Below, in pieces: positions 38,247 to 49,924 of a DNA stretch of 64,000 nt (positions within the stretch are counted from its first letter, which is position 1; every line of letters begins with the position of its first letter). The notes under the pieces are model-generated. The model was not told the DNA's origin. It saw only the letters and a program-made list of their open reading frames with translations, and made no database searches. The stretch lies in assembly GCF_018977255.1 (NCBI RefSeq), contig NW_024704743.1, positions 73,782,001 through 73,846,000 of the forward strand. Direction: 5' to 3'. The position numbers and the translations under genes are program-made. Source of the DNA: Callorhinchus milii (taxonomy: Eukaryota).

Positions 38247-38789
38247 ACACCATGCATTTGCTCCACCCTACCTCTGTGAGCTCCTCAAACCCTACAGACC
38301 CAGCAGCTCCCTCCGCTCAGCTCCAACCTGCAACACATAGCCCACCTTACCTACCCCGCCATCGGATTTTCAGCATATTTGCACCCACTTCATCACCTTA
38401 AGCATGATGAAGGGTATTTCTGTGTATTAGACACTCAACTAACCAAAAACACGTGGCTTACACTGAACAAATTGTCTGTAAGTAACCAGTAGTATTGCAG
38501 TTGTACTCTGCACTGTAATGGTCTCTCCAATACTCTGAAGACAACTCTTTCATAAAAGACTGAGTGAAGAATTCTGAGGTTTGGGACCAGCATTGGATAG
38601 CAATACCTGAAGTATGAGATCATGAACAGATTCCTTATGGAACAATTCCTATCCTTGTTTTGCTTCTCTTCTGAAAATAAATGACATTTTCCCTCTGGTT
38701 GAGGAATCCTAAACAAGAAAACAGTTTTGAAATTAGAGCTAAGAGATTATAATCACGCCTTCTCCTAAAGGGCTGTGAAAATATAGATG

Positions 38790-39232
38790 GCACTGTTCCC
38801 AAAAGGTTATAGATCAAGTTCAAGATCTTCGACCTAGATCTTTAAATCCCTACATGCTTTTGCTCCACATTATCTCTGTGACCTCCTCAAACCTCCGCTC
38901 AGTGGGCACCAACCTGCAACACATAGCTCACCCTAACTGCTCCACCATCAGTCGGGGGGGGGGGGGGGGGCGGGGGTTCAGCATATCTGCTCTCACTCTC
39001 TGAAACTCCATCCCGAAGACTCTTCAACTCACCCCTTCCCTCACCAAATTCAACATCTGTCTCAAGACCTTCCTCTCTGACTGTGCTTTCAAGCTTTTCC
39101 TCTCCCCACCGCCCCCACCCCATCCCTCGCTCTCTGATCCCAGCACATGTGCAAGCCCTAGACTGTCTAACACCTTGGGATGTCCTCCCAACAGGAAAGG
39201 TGCAACATAAATTAAATTTTTNATTGTTGTAT
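38790..39232 (+). mobile_element. L2 3' fragment (a related shorter piece lies at 38250-38390)
   Basis: agatcaagttcaagatc...ctctgaaactccatccc...caccttgggatgtcctcccaac...ttgttg. Confidence 0.75.
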
Positions 39233-40376
39233 TGTAGATGCAAAATGAATTGGGATGTTTAAAAGGTAGGTAGACAGTAGAGCCCCATTATAATGCAATG
39301 GTTGGATGCATAAAATCCCAACAAATGCTGGGTAATTCTTGTGCTAAGAAAAGATGTCTGACTTCCAGTTCATTGGGTTGCAATTGACATAACTGCTTGT
39401 TTGCTGTGCATGTTCAGAGCAGGAAATGATGTTGGTGGCAATGTCATGGCCTGGAAATTAGCCATTTTTGCAAGAAAAAACAGGTACGTGGGAAGCTAGT
39501 TGACCAACCATGGACATACAGAGTGAATGGCGTCTATACTGCAACCACATTATAACAGAACTTGCAATGTAAAGAAATGCTTTAAAGCATTAGGGCTGCA
39601 CTGCACTTGGGAATAATATTAGAGATATGGAAAAAAGATAGAAAAATTTAATTAAACAATAGGCTACAATCTATTGAAATGGCAGAACAGTATGAAATGG
39701 TTCAACGGCCTCTTCCTATTTCTGTGGCCCGATTAACTGCAAAAAAGTATTAAGTACAAAAAAATTGTATCTTTATGAACATTTGAGGTTATATACTTTT
39801 ATGCAAAGTGTGCAAATACCGTACATCAACAACAAAAGTCAATTAGATATTTATATACTGCTTATATGCTGTATGTGTCTATTAGGTAGACTCCACGATA
39901 ACAAATTGGATAGGAAGAACAATGCACTATGATATAGAGTCATGCATTCAGGATCATCAGATCCTCTCCCTCCAGATGTGCTCCTAAAAACACAGGAAGA
40001 AAAATAGTACATTTACCATCCATAAGATAAACATGAGAATCATATGTTTTATATTTACAGCTCTTGGGGAATATTATTTGAACGTTGAGGATATCACTTA
40101 AATATATACAAAACTGATTGTCAAGTTACATAGAGCAATTTCAGGACAGAAAGTAGTGGTAGTGTCTAGTGGTAGGGGTAGTGTCTTGGAGTGGTTAACA
40201 GTGGCGGAGCTTGACGCCAAGCCTGGAAGAGGGGGGAGGTGATTGTAGGCACAGTCAAAGACAAAGGTCTTCAAATGTGATCCTAAGATAGGAAAGGAGG
40301 AGGCAAGGTGTAAGGATTGAGGGAGAGAAATCCAGCGTTTTGGGACATTTTATAGTATTTTAAATGGACATTTTCC

Positions 40377-40711
40377 TTTTTTGGTCAGCTGGTTTTCTGA
40401 CACTCAGAAACCCATCACCATGCTAAAGAATATCCAAACCAGACTGAAAGTTTCACATATGCATGCCTAAGAATATCCATTGTTTCCACTTCATGGAAAT
40501 TTCCCTATGTCTGGAATGGAATGTGCCCTCTCTCCCTGGAGGGATGCACCATGGTTACCTAATTCCAGAGAATACTAGGCATAGGATGATGAAAGTCAAA
40601 GCCTGGGGACCCCGAGATTACCACAGAGGATTGATTAGATTCTGATATTTTATTGTCAAGCACATCATCTCAGAGCCAGCTCAGCCCCAAGGAAACCCGC
40701 TTACTTCCCCC
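40377..40711 (-). mobile_element. Family X copy with both ends and an internal deletion
   Basis: T6-ggtcagctggttttctgacac at the left end; gagccagctcagccccaaggaaacccgcttacttccccc at the right end is the reverse complement of the 5' end at 3192-3236. Confidence 0.75.
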
Positions 40712-41169
40712 AACGAGGTTAGTCACTTGATATGCAACAAGCACAGGATAGCGAGTACCAGGAACTCCCTGCAAGCTTCCTGGTGAGAACCCAGCTCAAC
40801 ATGAAATGTGTGAGAGAATTGACCAAAGCTCCTTACTCATTCAGTGATGGTTCGACTAATTAGAAGTGCAGAGTTTGTACAGCAGCTGCTATCTCCATAC
40901 CAATCGAGGTGAATACCAATCGCTGAATCTATAAGTATTTGTTCATGAACCAGGTACTGCCTTCCTGGAGCTGTGATAAGGTGCTGTATCAAATGCAAGA
41001 GTTATTATTATCATGGTGTCATAAACAGGATAATATATAGACTTGCATAGATTGTCCAGCAAGGAAACAAGCCAATTGGCCCAATGAGTCCATGCCAGTA
41101 TTTTTACTCTACATGAATCTCCACTACTCCTTAACCCCTTCCCTTTTCTCTCAAGTGTATATCTAATGA

Positions 41170-41590
41170 TTGCATTTGATATGGCACCTTAGGGCATCAA
41201 AATGTCTCAAACTGCTTTACAGGATTTACTGTGAAGTGTAGTGACTGTGCATTTTGCAGGCAAACACGCAAGGCGACAAAACACTTCATGGCCATTTGAG
41301 GGACATAACAGCCACGAAGTGAATGATCAGTTTTATCTGGCAGATTATTGGCCAGGATAAGCAGAGAGACTCCCTTCTTTTTTTTGGAATAGGGCAATGG
41401 GATCTTGAATGTCCACCTGATGGGAGTTTGACATCCAATCTGAGGCACTGGACTTCTAGCAATGCAGGGAGCCCCACCACTGCCCTGGAGTGACAGCCTG
41501 GACTCAGACCTCAGCATCCCAAAGTGGGGCTTGAACCCAGAACTTTCTGACTCAGAGGCAAGAGTGCTCCCAGCTGAGCCAGGCTGACAC
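41170..41590 (-). mobile_element. Deu-domain tRNA SINE (SacSINE1-like), full length
   Basis: Antisense tRNA head gggcttgaacccagaactttctgactcagaggcaagagtgctcccagctgagcc, Deu-like core and L2-like tail. Confidence 0.8.
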
Positions 41591-42347
41591 CTAGTGACTT
41601 GAATTGGAGCCTGGGTTAGTCGGAGATACCCACTTCCCAATTTCCTAATTTTAAAAAAAATCACTAATGCAGGGAAATAGACCCTTGTGTTCTTATGTAC
41701 ACTAATTAAAAACATTTTTCGTTTTTCACATCAGTTTCAATATAAAGTTCATTCAGTTTGAATAAAGGCGAGTCGATAAAAGCTGTCACTTAAATGGAGT
41801 AAAATTGTACTTCAGTTAAGTACAACACTGGTTTCCCTCTACAATTTAAGCACCACACAGTGCAGTTACTCCAGCTCAGGGCCAGCACATCCTTATGTCT
41901 CTTCTGTTTGCAACAAACGCTGAACTTCCTGCAAAATAGTTCAGCGTCCACTTGTTTGAGGGTGAAGTTTAATGCCATAAAAGGCTGGATGTTGTTGTTA
42001 ATGACGCCCTAGGAGTGTGGAGGCTGAAGGAGTCGTCTCCTCCTCCCTCCTCCTCCTCCTCCTCCTCCCAGCGCTGCTCGTGTGAACACATCGCTGACCA
42101 GAGGAAGGTGAACCAGGATACATCGCCCACAAGTCGACTGACAGCTCCAGATCTCCCTGACACAGGCAGCTCCAGGTCCCTCACACACACACAGCTCCAG
42201 GATTCCTCCCATTCACAGACAGAGCTCTCTCTCTGTCTCACACACACACACACTCACACATAGAGAACTAACAAACTCTCACATTCAGACACACTCCCAA
42301 TTGCTTTTTGATACACACACAGAACCCACAGCTCACTCTTACACAAT

Positions 42348-42447
42348 CTGATCTCCCAGTCTCTCTCCTACACACACACACACACACACTGATCTCCCAG
42401 TCTCTCTCCTACACACACACACATACACTGATCTCCCAGTCTCTCTC

Positions 42448-42481
<34 letters not shown>

Positions 42482-42581
42482 ATCTCCCAGTCTCTCTCCC
42501 ACACACACACACACACACTGATCTCCCAGTCTCTCTCCTACACACACACACACACACACACACTGATCTCCCAGTCTCTCT

Positions 42582-42614
<33 letters not shown>

Positions 42615-43033
42615 ATCTCCCAGTCTCTCTCCTACACACACACACACACACACACACACTGATCTCCCAGTCTCTCTCCTGCACACACACACACACTGAT
42701 CTCCCAGTCTCTCCCCTACACACCACACACACTGATCTCCCAGTCTCTCTCCTACACACACACACACACTGATCTCCCAGTCTCTCTCCTACACACACAC
42801 ACTGATCTCCCAGTCTCTCTCCTACACACACACACACACACACACACACTGATCTCCCAGTCTCTCTCCTACACACACACACTGATCTCCCAGTCTCTCT
42901 CCTCCACACACACACTGATCTCCCAGTCTCTCTCCACACACACACAGATCTCCCAGTCTCTCTCCTACACACACACACTGATCTCCCAGTCTCTCTCCTG
43001 CACACACACACACACTGATCTCCCAGTCTCTCT

Positions 43034-43078
<45 letters not shown>

Positions 43079-43820
43079 ATCTCCCAGTCTCTCTCCCACA
43101 CACACACACACACTGATCTCCCAGTCTCTCTCCTACACACACACACTGATCTCCCAGTCTCTCTCCTGCACACACACACACACTGATCTCCCAGTCTCTC
43201 TCCTGCACACACACACACACTGATCTCCCAGTCTCTCTCCTACACACACACACACTGATCTCCCAGTCTCTCTCCTACACACACACACTGATCTCCCAGT
43301 CTCTCTCCTACACACACACACTGATCTCCCAGTCTCTCTCCTGCACACACACACTGATCTCCCAGTCTCTCTCCCACACACACACACACACTGATCTCCC
43401 AGTCTCTCTCCTACACACACACACTGATCTCCCAGTCTCTCTCCCACACACACACACACACTGATCTCCCAGTCTCTCTCCTACACACACACACTGATCT
43501 CCCAGTCTCTCTCCTGCACACACACACACACTGATCTCCAGTCTCTCTCTTACACACACACACACACTGATCTCCCAGTCTCTCTACCACACACACACAC
43601 TGATCTCCCAGTCTCTCTCCCACACACACACACACACTGATCTCCCAGTCTCTCTCCTACACACACACACTGATCTCCCAGTCTCTCTCCTGCACACACA
43701 CACACACTGATCTTCCAGTCTCTCTCTTACACACACACACACACTGATCTTCCAGTCTCTCTCTTACACACACACACACACACTGATCTCCCAGTCTCTC
43801 CCATTCACACTTATCTCCCA
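42348..43820 (+). repeat. Compound minisatellite: ~39-40 units of CTGATCTCCCAGTCTCTCTCCT+(AC)n
   Basis: Constant ~22-bp core separated by (AC)n runs of variable length; units counted by eye. Confidence 0.97.
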
Positions 43821-43866
43821 GTTTCACTCATACACACATCCACTGTTCAGATCTCTCCCTCTCTCC

Positions 43867-43910
<44 letters not shown>

Positions 43911-44307
43911 TCATTTACACAGAATCACGGACGCTCACCCAGAGAGACTCCCACACTGACCTGCAGGTCTGATGTAGACACACATCTCACTTTCTCGCGG
44001 ATACCAACCTCGAGGTCTCGAACAGACATCCCCCTCCCACCGTCTCCCTCACACACACAGATCTCCAGGTCCAACACAGACACAGCTCACACTCTCTCTC
44101 TCTCTCACACCCCCACACACACACCCCTCCCCCCGGGTGTGTCCCGAGCAGTGTGACGGGCAGTGATGAGTTGAGCCTCTCCTGTGGGGTCCCATCTCTC
44201 AGCACTTACTGTGTGTGTGTGTGTGTGTGACAGTGCCAGTGCCTCGCTCAGTGCCGCTCACACTGACTGACTGACTGACTGACACTCGCTGTGTTGTGGT
44301 GTGTGGC

Positions 44308-44886
44308 TGCCCTTGCCCAGCCTTGCCCAGCCTTGCCTTGCCCAGCCTTGCCTTGCCCAGCCTTGCCTTGCCCAGCCTTGCCTTGCCCAGCCTTGCCTTG
44401 CCTTGCCTTGCCCAGCCTTGCCTTGCCCAGCCTTGCCTTGCCCAGCCTTGCCTTACCCAGCCTTGCCTACCCAGCTTGCCCAGCCTTGCCTTGCCTTGCC
44501 CAGCCTTGCCTTACCCAGCCTTGCCCAGCTTGCCCAACCTTGCCCAGCCTTGCCCAGCTTGCCCAGCCTTGCCTTGCCCAGCCTTGCCTACCCAGCTTGC
44601 CCAGCCTTGCCCAGCTTGCCCAACCTTGCCCAGCCTTGCCCAGCTTGCCCAGCCTTGCCCAGCCTTGCCTACCCAGCTTGCCCTGCCTTGCCCAGCCTTG
44701 CCTTGCCCAGCCTTGCCCAGCTTGCCCAACCTTGCCCAGCCTTGCCTACCCAGCTTGCCCAGCCTTGCCCAGCCTTGCCTACCCAGCTTGCCCAGCCTTG
44801 CCCAGCTTGCCCAACCTTGCCCAGCTTGCCCAGCCCTGCCTTGCCCAGCCTTGCCCTGCCCAGCCCTGCCTTGCCCAGCTTGCCCT
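44308..44886 (+). repeat. C-rich tandem array built from CCTTG and CCCAG pentamers
   Basis: Directly visible, with variants CAGCTTG, CCAACCTTG and CCTACCCAG; ends ~15 nt before the ITGA8 ATG. Confidence 0.97.
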
Positions 44887-44901
44887 GCTGGCCGCTGTAG
44901 C

Positions 44902-45080
44902 ATGCCTGTGGCTGGCGGCTGGTGCCAGGCTGGGATGTACCTGTTTGGGTGCCTGTTGCTGGTGCTCAGCCCCGGGTGTGTGTCCTTTAACCTGGACACC
45001 GAGAGCCCCACCCTGTACAGCGGGCCCCGGGGCAGCTACTTCGGATACTCTGTGGATTTCTACTCCCCCGATCACCGCAC
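44902..45080 (+). CDS. ITGA8: Integrin alpha-8, coding exon 1 (signal peptide and start of beta-propeller)
   Basis: ATG with A at -3 (alternative in-frame ATG at 44935). Encodes [59 protein letters not shown](T), then gtgagt. FNLD is the mature N-terminus of integrin alpha chains. Confidence 0.93.
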
Positions 45081-45191
45081 GTGAGTAACACTTACTCCTT
45101 CAGTTAATACAACTTAAAGCAAAGCCTTTTACCTTTGCTTTTCGCTCTCCAACTTTCAACACAGACCCCAGATTAATGTTTGTGGTTAATA

Positions 45192-45202
45192 TAATAATAA
45201 TG

Positions 45203-45242
<40 letters not shown>
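45192..45242 (+). repeat. (TAA)n microsatellite in ITGA8 intron 1
   Basis: About 17 TAA units with one TGA interruption. Confidence 0.95.
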
Positions 45243-45244
<2 letters not shown>

Positions 45245-45454
45245 GCAATGTGAAACGTTTGAGAAACAAAATCATTCCGAGCAAACTGTCTGTGGTCTTA
45301 TTTAACATTGTGTCTTTTAAAATGCTGGGGGTGAGGAGGGAGGGGGGAGGGGGAAGGGGGGAGCAACGTTGTTCAGAGATGTGTGTGTGTTGCCCTCTGA
45401 TAGTGAAGGACTCTCATGGTGTTGCATTCCAGTGTCTGTGTTCTTTCTCTCTCT

Positions 45455-45986
45455 GTGTGTGTGATGGTGTGTGTGTCGGGGGGGGGGGGGGAGGGGGGGG
45501 GTGTTGTGTGATGGTGTGTCTGTGGGGGGGGGTTGGGGTGCCTGATGGTGTGAGTGTGTGTGGGTGTGATGGGGTGTCTGATGGTGTGTGTGGGTGTGAT
45601 GGGGTGTCTGATGGTGTGAGTGTGTGTGTGTGATGGTGTGTGGGTGTGATGGGGTGTCTGATGGTGTGTGTGGGTGTGATGGGGTTTCTGATGATGTGAT
45701 GATGAGTGGATGTGATGGTATGTGTGATGAGGTGTCTGATGGTGTGTGTGGCTGTGATGGTATGTGTATGGATGTGATGGTGTGCGTGGGTGATGGTGGG
45801 TGTGATGGTGTGTATGTGGGGGTGTGATGGTGAGGGTATGTGTGATGGTGTGTGATGGTGGGGATGTGTTGGTGTGGGTATTGATTTAAGTGCTCTGAGA
45901 TGCCATCGGGCGTGGAGGGTGCTATACAAATCCAAGTTGTTGTTGTGTGATGGTGTGTGTGGGTGTGATGGTGGGTGTGATGGTGG
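45455..45986 (+). repeat. Degenerate (GGTGTGAT)-like G/T-rich array with an L2 tail inserted at ~45885-45945
   Basis: Repeated gtgtgatggtgt / gggtgtgatggggtgtctgat units running up to the exon 2 acceptor. Confidence 0.9.
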
Positions 45987-46004
45987 GAGATCTTTCCTCT
46001 CCAG

Positions 46005-46135
46005 AGTGAACGTCCTGGTAGGAGCCCCAAAAGCCAACACTTCTCAGCCGGGGATCGTGGAAGGAGGAGCTGTGTATTACTGCAAGTGGCCAGCAGGAGG
46101 CACCACATGCACCGAGATTCCCTTCGATAAAAGCA
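46005..46135 (+). CDS. ITGA8: ITGA8 exon 2 (131 nt)
   Basis: ctccag|A GTG AAC ... AGC A|gtaag. Encodes [43 protein letters not shown]. Confidence 0.96.
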
Positions 46136-47690
46136 GTAAGTGTCCAAGATGCTCTAAAGCCTCTTAGCGACATTCTTGCTTTGTCACTTGTACAATCCCA
46201 ACGGTGTGAACTTCAGAGATAGGATCGTCACTAGTGAAACGCATCACTAAACCTATGTAACCACATTTCTATACTGTGTGTATTAATTATAATAATCTTT
46301 GCATTTGATATAGTGCCTTATCATGTCTTCAAGATGTCTCAAACGCTTCACAGAATATACTGTAAAGTTAATTCACTGTATATTTTGTGGGCGAAATGCA
46401 ATCGGCAATTACACAAAGGAGTGTCCCACAACAGTCGTGGATTGAGTGCCCAAATTATTATTATTATTTCTTTAAGGGATTATTATTTGTATATTATTAC
46501 TTCCAGCAACATTGTTTAAGAAGCAGGGATGGGGTTGTGTTATTTGCGGAAGTGAAATCCATCTTTTTAAAATCTAAATAAATCAGTTTAGACACTTGAC
46601 AGGTCTGTACATTCCCCTTTATTGAGCTTCAAAGAGCCACCTAATTAACTCGCTAAAGAATAAACTTTCTTTGCCACCAGAGAACTGAGAGAAAAACTGC
46701 AAGTCACATGGCACTGTTTTATTTATAACTTCAGTTCATATCCGGCTGCTGCAGAAACACCACTATTACTACGCACATTTTGTATCATAACACTTATTAT
46801 TCAGCTGTGTAAAACTGAAATGTGGATCTTGCACTAAATCTGGATTTTAAATCTGGATCTTGTACTAACTGGTTGGAGAAAATGTATCCAAGTATGGTAG
46901 AGGAAGAACTTGCCTTTTCATTCCTTCAAAATGTGTACTTTTACTAAGAACTTAAAGGTACTGTCGAGTGTAGTGGCTGTTTTTTGTAAGCAACAGTAAC
47001 AAAACTCCACAAACAACCACATGTCCAATTAATCTATAGAACTACAGAAATTTATGGCATAAAAAAGGCTTTTCAGGCACTCATGTCTATGGTGGCCCCC
47101 TCAAGAGCAATCCTTTCAGTCCCATTTACCTGCACATTCCCCATCCCCAGGATATGACTCTTTTCTCTCTGGAGGATTTTTGGTCAGGACACTCACCTTT
47201 CCCTTCCAAGTAGAATCATGGGATTTATAATATCTACCCGAAGAGGCAAATGAGTTTAGGGTCTCATCAGAAGGATGGCATCTCCGTTAATGTCATCAGA
47301 GTCTATGAACTCAAGTCTCAATTTGGGACTTGAAACAATAACCTTCTGACACAGGCACAATTGCTACCAACTTATTTATTAGTTTAATTCTTAAGAATGA
47401 TTCTGTGATTGTTTATTGCTGTAATCATATCTGACAATTTAAGTTAAAGCATATAATATCCAATGCCACAGTTTGGCAGCATACTTTTAACATCTTATTT
47501 TACTGTGATTACTGTCATTCACCGACAAAATTCGCTTTAGATTATATCCTCTGAAACACTGTGATATGTCCTCATAACATGAAAATCTGTATATCAAATG
47601 CAAATATCATTATTATCATTAGTGTATAAAAGATTTCTTCGGTGTATGAAATAATTGTTTAACTGCAGCACTCATATTAAATCAGTTTAC

Positions 47691-47754
47691 AACAACAACA
47701 ACAAGATTCCATTTATAAAGCGCCTTTCACGTCAGGAGGACGTCCCAAGGCGCT
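47691..47754 (-). mobile_element. Tail-only L2 insertion with 7-bp TSD
   Basis: agtttac|(aac)n aagattcc...gtcccaaggcgct|agtttac. Confidence 0.85.
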
Positions 47755-48150
47755 AGTTTACTGTAAACTACAAGAATTGTAATACAATTAATCATTTCCA
47801 GTGTTTGTCAATACAATCTGTTTGTTAACATTGTTTTTAAACGCTGTCCTGATATTCTAAATACTTTTCATTGCCACCCCTTAATGTTTCCGTTTTCTCT
47901 TAAAGAGTGTACTCAAAAGTTACATTTTGTTTGAAAATATTACAAACATGTAAAGTTTAAAATAACTTGAATAAGTATTTTCATTAGTATGTATTAAACA
48001 CGAACACCAAAATAGTTTAGAAATTTTTCATCTATAATTGATGATGAATCATCAGGTATCTCTTTCAAAAATCATTCAGGCTCGCTGGCACAGTAAAATC
48101 GAACAGAACAGTTCATGAATAACCATCTTTTTAATTAAATATGAAGACAA

Positions 48151-48420
48151 AAATAATATAATCATTGCTTTCAATATAGTACCTTATTGTGTCAAAGCAT
48201 TTCAAAATGTTTCATAGAATTAAATGTAAAGTGTAGAGACTGTGTAACTGCAAACAATATCCACACAATAATGTTCCACTAACTGCCATGAAGTGAATGA
48301 TCAATTTTATCAGGGGGATAGTTGACTAGGACAAACTTCCTTTTTGAGTAGAGCCACGGGATCTTTTGACATCCACCTAAACAGACAGATCTTGGTTTAA
48401 TGTTTCATCCAATGACGCAG
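48151..48420 (-). mobile_element. Deu-domain SINE, 5'-truncated
   Basis: Colinear with 41170-41430; flanked by a ~45-bp direct repeat. Confidence 0.65.
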
Positions 48421-49428
48421 ACCAAAACAGTTCATGAAATGCTCATCTCCTTTCAATTAAATGAGGAACAATACCAAGAACTGCAGAAATAGCAGCATTT
48501 GTGAGATGTGATTTCTGATAGCTGTGAACTGGTGGAAATGTACGCACTCCTCAAATTGAATTTAACATCTGTTGATAACTTCATACTGTCTATTTTGAAG
48601 AGAAACTGTGCAGCAAGGGAAGGGGAGTGTGTACTCCTTCTGGTTAACGATTCAAAAAGAGTTCACGGTGGGGAGTGAAATTGGGGAGGGCGAACATGTG
48701 GGAAATCAGTTTGCTTCAAAAAAGAGTGGGGGTGAGGAACTGTCTGCTTTTTATTAAAGGCTGAAAAGCATCATAATTGGAGTTGAGTTTTTAACCAGAT
48801 GGTTCCTTTTATGTTGACATCTGCGAAGTATATGTTAAACAAAGTTAGAGCGATGTCTCCGGGTGTGTGTACATATAATTAAATCAACTAGTTTTTACTT
48901 TCTTAAAAGCGATTAGAGTGAGGCACATGCTGTTGGCGAAAATTTTGTAGACAATGGTGTTTTGCAGTTTTTTTTTCTTGTCATTTAATGTTTCAATACA
49001 GGTATTTTTAATGGGGAATATTAACAATGGTGTAAGTGGAAAACATCCTGATATCATAATGATTTGCAGGAATGAACTGCACAGTGCCATATGAAGCAAC
49101 AGTGCAATAAAGTACAATAATATAAAGTGGTTATTGAGTTGCGGAAAAATATGCTTTTGTTCAGTTGTCTTTCATAAAATAGGGTATTCACAGTAAGAGA
49201 GCCTTGCCTTACAAACACAGAAATGTACATTGTAACAAAATAAAAGGATAATTACAATTTAAGCTAACTATGCAACATACCCTTATGAATAGCCTAAAAT
49301 TGTCGAAAAGAACCATACCTCAGGACGTTGCAATGATTTAAATGGTTTTGCTGAATGTCAAAGAAGTGTGGAGTTGGAAGCATTTGAGAATGAGTGGAAA
49401 TTATTCTTTTTTTTCTCTTAAATATTAG

Positions 49429-49523
49429 GTAACCGAAAGATCAAAATCACCCAAGAACCCGTTGAATTCAAATCCAATCAGTGGTTTGGGGCAACAGTCA
49501 GATCCTATAACGAAAAAGTTGTG
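49429..49523 (+). CDS. ITGA8: ITGA8 exon 3 (95 nt)
   Basis: attag|GT AAC ... GTT GTG|gtaaat. Encodes (S)NRKIKITQEPVEFKSNQWFGATVRSYNEKVV. Confidence 0.95.
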
Positions 49524-49924
49524 GTAAATGTTTAGATCTTCTTAAATTACAACATCCTGCTTCATGGAGCTGTTCAAAGAATTAGAATTTGTATCCTAGT
49601 TGGATAAACAGCATGGGGGTAGGAAATAAGGATATATGTTATAAGCAGATTTATTTTAGTGTTGCACACGCTTGATGTGTTTATAAACCATGTTTTTTTT
49701 CTTTGTTAAGTTGTCATAAGGGAAACAGTAGTTTTGCCGGTGGGATATGCTTTTATGTCCATTAGGGAAAAATTGTGAACCAGACAGGTAACTAAGTGTT
49801 CAGTTGTCATTTCATTTAATATTTACAAATAAACTTTCAATTTATTTTCAAGTTTTTTTTTGACAAACAGACAAGAATGAGGGCAAACTTTACGACATCA
49901 TCCCCATGTAACTATCTCTGTACT

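Noticed and set aside
38953..38976. Long G run (and C runs at ~27916-27930 and ~31836-31852) as functional G-quadruplexes
   Set aside because: Homopolymer expansions within or beside TE remnants; lengths are unreliable in assemblies.
42308..43635. Cys/Val-rich and His/Thr-rich ORFs on both strands
   Set aside because: Translations of the minisatellite; no splice or homology support.
42348..43820. CRISPR-like look (constant repeat with variable spacers)
   Set aside because: Spacers are only (AC)n of differing length, not unique sequences; vertebrate DNA with no cas genes. It is a compound minisatellite.
44291..44900. 200-265 aa Pro/Cys/Leu/Ala-rich ORFs as independent genes (metallothionein- or keratin-associated-like)
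   Set aside because: All three frames are open only because the pentamer units contain no stop codon; there is no ATG start. Retained only as a hypothesis in findings.
45317..46147. His/Pro/Thr-rich minus-strand ORFs (276 and 208 aa)
   Set aside because: Antisense translation of the GGTGTGAT array and ITGA8 exon 2.
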